Source: Bacteroidales bacterium (GTDB lineage: Bacteria; Bacteroidota; Bacteroidia; Bacteroidales; WCHB1-69). Taken from it: 64,000 nucleotides of DNA. Below the pieces are notes generated by a model. That model was not told where the DNA came from. It saw only the letters and a list, made by a program, of their open reading frames with translations, and did not search any database. Positions 58,768-64,000 of the stretch are shown here, piece by piece. The stretch's first letter is position 1; every line of letters begins with the position of its first letter. Location of the stretch: NCBI GenBank assembly GCA_016281255.1, contig JAEEIG010000037.1:453-64452 (forward strand). The letters run 5' to 3'. A program made the position numbers and the translations under genes.

Positions 58768-58953
58768 GATTTGAGATTTGAGATTTGAGATTTAAGACTT
58801 AAGACTTAAGACTTATGACTTATGACTTAAGATTTAAGACTAAAATCTAAAATCTAAAATCTAAAGTCTAAGGTCTAAAGTCCCAAGTCTAAAGTCTAAA
58901 GTCTAAAATCTAAAGTCCCAATTCTAAAGTCTCTAAAGTCTAAAGTCCCAAGT
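58768..58953. repeat. 186-bp head-to-head inverted heptamer array (10 forward GAYTTRA units, then 16 reverse CTAAAGT-type units)
   Basis: Read directly: (GATTTGA)3 GATTTAA (GACTTAA)2 (GACTTAT)2 GACTTAA GATTTAA, then (CTAAAAT)3 CTAAAGT CTAAGGT CTAAAGT CCCAAGT (CTAAAGT)2 CTAAAAT CTAAAGT CCCAATT CTAAAGT ct (CTAAAGT)2 CCCAAGT. Confidence 0.95.
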
Positions 58954-58971
58954 CCATAAACAAAAATTCTA

Positions 58972-60741
58972 ATGACCAACTACAAACGATATATCCCTTG
59001 GTTGTTCGCGGTGTTCTTGTTGAATGCGGTGTATGTTGTATTGACGATATTCGCGTTTTTGATGATCGAGCCGTTCGCGAAGTTGCTGTTTCGCGGCCAT
59101 TTGGAGGGATTGAGTCCATTGTCATCCTATTTTGTGTCGATTCTTGGCGGATACCTTCCGATGGACAGTCAGGGTGTTTCGTTTGTGACTTTGGTTTCCG
59201 CGGCCGTTTTTCTCTTCCTGTTGCGCAATCTTTCGGCGTATGCTTCTCAGTGGTTGATGGCCCATGTGCGTAGTGATTTTCTCTTTACGCTCCGCAATCG
59301 TCTCTACGACAAGATGATTTCATTGCCGTTGGGTTATTTCAACAAAGAGAGTCGCGGCGATGCGGTCACCCGTGCGGTGAACGACACCCAGGAGGTGGAA
59401 TACACGGTTCTCAACTCCATCTATCAGTTCCTTACCGACCCTCTCACCTTGTTTTGCTATCTCGGTTTCCTTTTTTACATCGACTACCAGCTTTCCTTGT
59501 GGGCGGTTTTGTTAATGCCGTTGTCCTTCCTGATCATCGGTTTCTTGGCGCACCGGCTCAAGCGTTCTTCGAAAACCTACCGTCAGCGACTTGGTGTCCT
59601 GTTGTCGCATGTGGAAGAGACTATTTCGGGGTTGCGGGTGATTTACGGTTTTAACGCCCAGGAGCGTGCCTATCGGCGTTTCAACGAGCGGAATCTGCAG
59701 TTCACGCAGAACCAGAAGCGGGTCTATCGACAGAGCTATTTGGCCAACCCGCTGAGTGAGTTCCTCGGGGTAAGTGCTGTTATGGTGGTGTTGGTGATCG
59801 GGGGCTCGTTGGTGCTTTCGGAGCGTTCTTCCTTGTCGGCGGAGCTTTTCATCACCTACATTGCCCTTTTCTCGCAGGTCATCACGCCCATTTCGCGCAT
59901 TTCCTCGGCCTTTTCGGACTACAAGCGCGGGGAGGCGGCGCTGGACCGTATCCGCGATTTTTTGGCGATTCCCGACAATGTGGAGGATAGCGGCGCGGTG
60001 TTGACTCTTCCCGGTTTTCACGAGGCTTTGACGTTCCGGGATGTCTCTTTCGCCTACACGGATGCCGAGGTGTTGAGCCATATCGATCTGACCATTCCGA
60101 AGGGGAAGACGGTGGCGTTTGTGGGGCAGTCGGGTGCTGGAAAATCCACCCTTGCCGATTTGCTGATGCGGTTCTATGACCCTACCGGCGGCGAGATATT
60201 GTTGGACGGGGTGCCCATCCGGCATTACGGGGTGGGGGATTACCGTTCTTTGTTCGCTTTGGTGTCGCAGGATGTGATGCTTTTTCACGACACTATCTAC
60301 CACAATATCACGATGGGGATGGAGGCCACGCCGGAGCAGGTCGCTGAAGCGGCGAAAACGGCCAATATTTACGACTTTGTGATGTCGCTGCCTGACGGGT
60401 TCGGCCATGTCGTCGGCGACCGCGGAACGACGCTTTCCGGCGGCCAGCGGCAACGGGTGAGCATTGCGAGGGCGGTGTTGCGGAAGGCGCCTGTGCTGGT
60501 GCTGGACGAAGCCACCTCGGCGATGGACACGGAGAGCGAGCGGCTGGTGCAGCAGTCGATAGAAGCGTTGTCGAAGCAGTGCACGGTGGTGATGATCGCC
60601 CACAGGCTCTCCACGGTGCAGCGTGCCGACCTGATCTGTGTGCTGGATGCCGGCCGGCTGGTGGAATCCGGCACGCACGAAGAGCTGATGGCGGCGAAAG
60701 GGACTTATTACAAGTTAGTAGTTAGTAGTTGTGATTTGTGA
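58972..60741 (+). CDS. ABC transporter permease/ATP-binding protein (MsbA-like exporter)
   Basis: 589 aa. A six-TM N-terminal half, Walker A GQSGAGKST, signature LSGGQRQR and Walker B LVLDEATSAMD. The last 9 codons (KLVVSSCDL) and the stop are encoded by the repeat array. Confidence 0.9.
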   Translation: MTNYKRYIPWLFAVFLLNAVYVVLTIFAFLMIEPFAKLLFRGHLEGLSPLSSYFVSILGGYLPMDSQGVSFVTLVSAAVFLFLLRNLSAYASQWLMAHVRSDFLFTLRNRLYDKMISLPLGYFNKESRGDAVTRAVNDTQEVEYTVLNSIYQFLTDPLTLFCYLGFLFYIDYQLSLWAVLLMPLSFLIIGFLAHRLKRSSKTYRQRLGVLLSHVEETISGLRVIYGFNAQERAYRRFNERNLQFTQNQKRVYRQSYLANPLSEFLGVSAVMVVLVIGGSLVLSERSSLSAELFITYIALFSQVITPISRISSAFSDYKRGEAALDRIRDFLAIPDNVEDSGAVLTLPGFHEALTFRDVSFAYTDAEVLSHIDLTIPKGKTVAFVGQSGAGKSTLADLLMRFYDPTGGEILLDGVPIRHYGVGDYRSLFALVSQDVMLFHDTIYHNITMGMEATPEQVAEAAKTANIYDFVMSLPDGFGHVVGDRGTTLSGGQRQRVSIARAVLRKAPVLVLDEATSAMDTESERLVQQSIEALSKQCTVVMIAHRLSTVQRADLICVLDAGRLVESGTHEELMAAKGTYYKLVVSSCDL

Positions 60742-60830
60742 TTTGTGATTTGTGATTTGTGATTTGTGATTTGTGATTTGTGATTTGAGATTTGAGATTT
60801 GAGATTTGAGATTTGTGATTTGTGACTTGT
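60714..60830 (+). repeat. heptamer array: degenerate GTTAGTA units, then (GATTTGT)7 (GATTTGA)4 (GATTTGT)2 GACTTGT
   Basis: Read directly; 14 clean units from 60733 to 60830. It spans the ABC gene stop and lies upstream of four-helix cassette 1. Confidence 0.95.
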
Positions 60831-60871
60831 GTTTTTTTAAGTGATGTTTGTTTTTGTATTATAATATTTTT

Positions 60872-60879
60872 TATTTTTG
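60872..60879 (+). promoter_or_regulatory. putative -7 box for four-helix-bundle gene 1
   Basis: TATTTTTG lies 33 nt upstream of the ATG at 60913. The 21-nt leader AAATTATTGTTTAACAAAATA (60883-60903) is identical in cassette 2. Confidence 0.5.
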
Positions 60880-60912
60880 CGGAAATTATTGTTTAACAAA
60901 ATAAATATCCTT

Positions 60913-61341
60913 ATGAAAACTTATTCTTTTGAAAATCTTGATGTTTGGAAATATTCCAGACAATTAGTCAAACAAGTTTACAACATTCAATCTGCATTTC
61001 CATCTTTTGAAAGGTATGGCTTGGGAGACCAAATAAGACGTGCCGTTGTTTCTCTTTCGTCGAATATTGCAGAAGGAAATGCAAGAAGTTCAATCAAGGA
61101 CCAGGTTCATTTCTTAGAAATATCTAAAGGGTCTCTAATGGAAGTCTATTGTCAAATGTTATTAGCCTATGATTTGAATTATATTAATGCAAATCAGCTG
61201 TCAAAGTGCAAAGAGAACATTGATGTCATTTTTAAACTGCTCAATGGCCTCATTTATCAAAAAATCAATCTTATATCTAACAATGCTGTCCAAACCCCAT
61301 ATCGAAACAAATACTGTCAGCCCCATAATCATAAATCATAA
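60913..61341 (+). CDS. four-helix-bundle protein (23S rRNA intervening-sequence protein / Avd-like family)
   Basis: The start at 60913 gives MKTYSFENLDVWKYSRQLV...FGLGDQIRRAVVSLSSNIAEGNAR...GSLMEV, the family pattern. The C-terminal HNHKS and the stop lie inside the downstream array. Confidence 0.85.
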   Translation: MKTYSFENLDVWKYSRQLVKQVYNIQSAFPSFERYGLGDQIRRAVVSLSSNIAEGNARSSIKDQVHFLEISKGSLMEVYCQMLLAYDLNYINANQLSKCKENIDVIFKLLNGLIYQKINLISNNAVQTPYRNKYCQPHNHKS

Positions 61342-61379
61342 GTCATAAATCATAAGTCATAAATCCTAAGTCTAAAATC
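61324..61379 (-). repeat. heptamer array, inverse orientation (CATAATC ATAAATC ATAAGTC ATAAATC ATAAGTC ATAAATC CTAAGTC TAAAATC)
   Basis: Read directly; 8 units between four-helix gene 1 and trmB. Confidence 0.95.
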
Positions 61380-61387
61380 AAACATCA

Positions 61388-62053
61388 ATGTCAAAACATA
61401 AATTAGCGAGATTCGCGGAGAACGCGACGTTTGAGAATTTGTTCCAGCATACGGAATACGACAGGGCGGGAAAGGAGTTCCCGTTGCGGGGCCGTTGGAA
61501 GGAGGATTATTTCCACAACGACCGTCCCATTGTGCTGGAGTTGGGCTGCGGCAAAGGGGAGTACACCATTGCGATGGCGAAGCGGTTCCCCGGGCGCAAC
61601 TACATCGGCATCGACCGGAAGGGGGCGCGGTTGTGGCGCGGCTGCAAGGACGCCATCGAGCAGGAGCTGGCGAATGTGGCGTTCCTGCGCATCACCATCG
61701 ACCACATAGAGCACTATTTCGCCCCCGGCGAGGTGGACGAGATTTGGGTGACCTTCCCGGACCCGCAGATCAAGAAGGAGCGCAAGCGCTTGGTGGGCCC
61801 GCATTTCGTGAACGACTACTATCGCCGGATTTGGCCCGCAAACGGCGGTATTTTGCATTTGAAGTCCGATAGCGACTTCTTGTACGATTATCTCCTCGAA
61901 ACGGCGAAAGAACAGCGCTGGGAGCTTCTGCAGGACATTCCCGACGTGTATGCCGGAGACGTTGATCCGTTGCTCACGGAGGTGCAGACGTTTTACGAGA
62001 AGATGTGGTTGGCGGAGGGGAAGACGATACACTATGTGAGACTTAAGACTTAA
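61388..62053 (+). CDS. trmB: tRNA (guanine46-N7)-methyltransferase
   Basis: 221 aa with SAM motif LELGCGKGEYT and FPDPQIKK. The last codons (VRLKT) and the stop are encoded by the repeat array. Confidence 0.9.
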   Translation: MSKHKLARFAENATFENLFQHTEYDRAGKEFPLRGRWKEDYFHNDRPIVLELGCGKGEYTIAMAKRFPGRNYIGIDRKGARLWRGCKDAIEQELANVAFLRITIDHIEHYFAPGEVDEIWVTFPDPQIKKERKRLVGPHFVNDYYRRIWPANGGILHLKSDSDFLYDYLLETAKEQRWELLQDIPDVYAGDVDPLLTEVQTFYEKMWLAEGKTIHYVRLKT

Positions 62054-62088
62054 GACTTGAGACTTGAGACTTGAAACTTAAGACTGTA
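62040..62088 (+). repeat. heptamer array (GACTTAA)2 (GACTTGA)3 AACTTAA GACTGTA
   Basis: Read directly. It contains the stop codons of both convergent genes: trmB (62051-62053) and four-helix gene 2 (62078-62080). Confidence 0.95.
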
Positions 62089-62458
62089 TGGTGGAAAGTT
62101 GTTTGGACTTTTGGTATCGCATCCCTTTTAGCAACTTATGTACTTCTTCTATTTTCTCTTTGCAAAGTTTTAGTTGCTTTTCGGTAATGTAGTTTAAATC
62201 ATAAGCTAATGTCAACTGGCAATAGACTTCCATCAACGATCCAAGGGCAATCTCAATGAAATGAATTTGTTCTTTTATGGAATACCGGGCGTTCCCTTCA
62301 ACAAAATTTGACGACACGGAAACAACAGCTCTCCTCAACTGATCTCCCAAACCATATTTTTCAAATGAAGGAAATGTGGATTGGATACGGTAAACAAGCA
62401 AAACAAGTTCTCTGGATTTTTTCCAAACTTCAAGATTTTCAAACGAATAAGTGTTCAT
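62078..62458 (-). CDS. four-helix-bundle protein (23S rRNA IVS protein / Avd-like family), paralog 2
   Basis: The ATG at 62458 gives MNTYSFENLEVWKKSRELV...YGLGDQLRRAVVSVSSNFVEGNAR. By hand alignment, 83 of the first 117 residues are identical to paralog 1. Confidence 0.85.
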   Translation of the reverse strand: MNTYSFENLEVWKKSRELVLLVYRIQSTFPSFEKYGLGDQLRRAVVSVSSNFVEGNARYSIKEQIHFIEIALGSLMEVYCQLTLAYDLNYITEKQLKLCKEKIEEVHKLLKGMRYQKSKQLSTIQS

Positions 62459-62491
62459 ACTATAAAATATTTTGTTAAACAATAATTTTTG

Positions 62492-62499
62492 CAAATATA
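62492..62499 (-). promoter_or_regulatory. putative -7 box for four-helix-bundle gene 2
   Basis: TATATTTG on the minus strand, 33 nt upstream of the ATG at 62458, the same spacing as cassette 1. The conserved leader is at 62468-62488. Confidence 0.5.
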
Positions 62500-62534
62500 A
62501 TCTTTTTATAATATAAAAAGGGCTTTCTTCAAAA

Positions 62535-62580
62535 AAAGTCTTAAGTCTCAAGTCTTAAGTCTAAAAATAATCTCAAGTCT
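62535..62580 (-). repeat. heptamer array, inverse orientation (AAAGTCT TAAGTCT CAAGTCT TAAGTCT ... CAAGTCT)
   Basis: Read directly. It lies upstream of four-helix cassette 2 and reads AGACTTR on the cassette strand. Confidence 0.9.
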
Positions 62581-62592
62581 CAATTATTTTTG

Positions 62593-62600
62593 TACTTTTG
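62593..62600 (+). promoter_or_regulatory. putative -7 box for gcvT
   Basis: TACTTTTG lies 38 nt upstream of the ATG at 62639. Confidence 0.5.
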
Positions 62601-62638
62601 CGCTCTCAAAAAGTTATTACAATTAAATCCAAAACAAT

Positions 62639-63733
62639 ATGAAAGAAACCGTTTACAGAGCGAAACATGAGGCCTTAGGCGCCAAAATGGAAGAGTTTGC
62701 CGGCTTTTACATGCCGATTCAGTACGACAGCATCACCAACGAGCACCTGCAGGTGCGTAACAAAGTGGGCGTGTTCGACGTGTCCCACATGGGTGAGTTC
62801 ACCGTGAAGGGTCCGAAGGCGTTGGCATTGCTGCAACACATCACCACCAACGATGTGGCTGCCTTGTTCCCGGGCAAAGTGCAATACAGCTGCTTCCCGA
62901 ACGGCAAGGGCGGTATCGTCGATGACCTTTTGGTTTACAATCTCCATGACGAGGATTACCTGCTGGTGGTGAACGCCGCCAACATCGACAAAGACTGGGC
63001 ATGGGTGGTGGAGCAGAACAAGGCTTTCGGTGCCGAGATCGAGAACATCTCCGACAGCATCTCCCAATTGGCAGTGCAGGGTCCTTTGGCACTCAAGGCT
63101 ATGCAGAAACTGACCAGCGCGAACGTGGTGGACATGGAGTACTACACCAACCAGATCATCACTTTCGCCGGCATCGACAATATCCTCTTCTCCACGACCG
63201 GTTACACTGGCAGCGGCGGATGTGAGATTTATTTCCCGAATGAGGTGGCCATGAAGATTTGGGATGCCGTGTTCGAGGCTGGTGCTGAGTTCGACATCAA
63301 ACCCATCGGTTTGGGTGCTCGCGACACCTTGCGTTTGGAGATGGGCTTCTGCCTGTATGGTCACGAGATTGACGACACGATCTCTCCGATCGAGGCCGGT
63401 TTGGGCTGGATCACGAAGTTCGTGGACGGCAAGGATTTCATCGACCGCAAGTACATGGAAGACCTGAAAGCCAACGGCGTGACCCGCAGAATCGCCGGTT
63501 TCGAGCTGATTGACCGCGGAATTCCGAGAAACGGCTACGAAGTGTGCGATGCCGAGGGTAACGTCATCGGCGAAGTGCGTTCCGGCACATTCGGTCCGTC
63601 CGTGAACAAGGGCATCGGCACGGCGCTGATCAAGAAAGAGTTCGCGAAATCCGGTACGGAAATTTTCATCAAAGTGCGTAACCGCCTGCTGAAGGCCGTT
63701 ACGGTGAAGATGCCGTTCTACAAACCCGAATAA
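62639..63733 (+). CDS. gcvT: glycine cleavage system aminomethyltransferase T
   Basis: 364 aa with [12 protein letters not shown] and [13 protein letters not shown]. Confidence 0.95.
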   Translation: MKETVYRAKHEALGAKMEEFAGFYMPIQYDSITNEHLQVRNKVGVFDVSHMGEFTVKGPKALALLQHITTNDVAALFPGKVQYSCFPNGKGGIVDDLLVYNLHDEDYLLVVNAANIDKDWAWVVEQNKAFGAEIENISDSISQLAVQGPLALKAMQKLTSANVVDMEYYTNQIITFAGIDNILFSTTGYTGSGGCEIYFPNEVAMKIWDAVFEAGAEFDIKPIGLGARDTLRLEMGFCLYGHEIDDTISPIEAGLGWITKFVDGKDFIDRKYMEDLKANGVTRRIAGFELIDRGIPRNGYEVCDAEGNVIGEVRSGTFGPSVNKGIGTALIKKEFAKSGTEIFIKVRNRLLKAVTVKMPFYKPE

Positions 63734-63764
63734 TTCAATGGCGTATGCTGTTGTTTGATAATAA

Positions 63765-63797
63765 ACGTCCGGGTTTTTCGCCTGGACGTTTTTTTTG
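63765..63797 (+). terminator. rho-independent terminator after gcvT
   Basis: ACGTCCGGG-tttttcg-CCTGGACGT followed by a T8 run. Confidence 0.8.
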
Positions 63798-63799
63798 GG

Positions 63800-63839
63800 C
63801 TTAGAGGCTTAGAGGTTTAGAGGTTAATAAGTTTAGAGG
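63800..63839. repeat. 8-bp period array (CTTAGAGG x2, TTTAGAGG, TTAATAAG, TTTAGAGG)
   Basis: Read directly, immediately after the gcvT terminator. Confidence 0.85.
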
Positions 63840-63864
63840 GGTAAATGGGTAAACGAAAAAAATG

Positions 63865-63872
63865 TAATTTTG
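63865..63872 (+). promoter_or_regulatory. putative -7 box for the last gene
   Basis: TAATTTTG lies 44 nt upstream of the ATG at 63917. Confidence 0.45.
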
Positions 63873-63890
63873 CAGCATCGTTCTGAAAGC

Positions 63891-63911
63891 TTAAGTCATC
63901 AGTCAAAAGTC
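63891..63911 (-). repeat. short heptamer array in a 5' leader (TTAAGTC ATCAGTC AAAAGTC)
   Basis: Three 7-bp units with the conserved AGTC core, between the -7 box and the ATG at 63917. Confidence 0.6.
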
Positions 63912-63916
63912 AAAAT

Positions 63917-64000
63917 ATGGAAAACCGAAAATTCATCATCACCATCAACCGCGAAGCAGGGACAGGTGGTCGCGAAATTGCCCAGAAAGTGAGCGAAATG
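63917..64000 (+). CDS. cytidylate kinase-like family protein (5' fragment, runs off the window)
   Basis: Own translation MENRKFIITINREAGTGGREIAQKVSEM. This N-terminal pattern (ITI.RE.G.GG..IA) is typical of the Bacteroidales cytidylate-kinase-like family. Only 28 codons are visible. Confidence 0.5.
   Translation, partial: MENRKFIITINREAGTGGREIAQKVSEM

Noticed and set aside
58768-58953. Possible CRISPR array
   Set aside because: The units are 7 bp and directly abutting, with no spacers. No cas genes are in the window. It is a simple-sequence inverted array, not a CRISPR.
60913-62458. Diversity-generating retroelement (because four-helix-bundle proteins are Avd homologs)
   Set aside because: No reverse transcriptase ORF and no template/variable repeat pair are visible anywhere in the 64 kb. 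The giant gene shows no adenine-specific variable duplicate that I could see.
62601-62638. Glycine riboswitch upstream of gcvT
   Set aside because: The leader between the -7 box and the ATG is only about 38 nt, far too short for a glycine riboswitch aptamer. Upstream DNA is occupied by the heptamer array and the divergent cassette promoter.

Overview
This is a chromosomal segment of a Bacteroidota bacterium. The evidence is the type IX secretion (T9SS) and gliding genes (porV-porU, porP/sprF-gldJ, gldD, gldB), a 286-aa primary sigma factor, and TAnnTTTG -7 promoter boxes in front of more than 20 genes. I call about 46 protein genes and one tRNA-Thr(CGU). Most are housekeeping: purD, recG, rpoD, rplU-rpmA, alaS, ssb, proS, trmB, gcvT, lspA, engB, mazG. 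I saw no rRNA, CRISPR array, transposase, integrase or reverse transcriptase. Four things stand out. (1) A 10.2-kb gene encodes a 3402-aa Cys-rich surface protein with SprB/HYR-like repeats and a T9SS C-terminal sorting domain. It has T-ending codon usage and a long A-rich leader. (2) A dispersed family of about 100 heptanucleotide units (GAYTTNN)n forms 12 arrays. These occupy nearly every gene junction in the right-hand 27 kb and are absent from the left 36 kb. They often supply the stop codon of the flanking gene and sometimes occur as head-to-head inverted arrays. (3) Two paralogous four-helix-bundle (23S-rRNA-IVS / Avd-like) gene cassettes are each bracketed by inverted heptamer arrays and flank trmB in opposite orientation. 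This is my best candidate for an undescribed mobile or protein-DNA system. (4) A three-gene operon encodes an extreme low-complexity lipoprotein, a FadL-like barrel and an uncharacterised exported protein. All calls come from reading the sequence and ORF translations; no database search was run.
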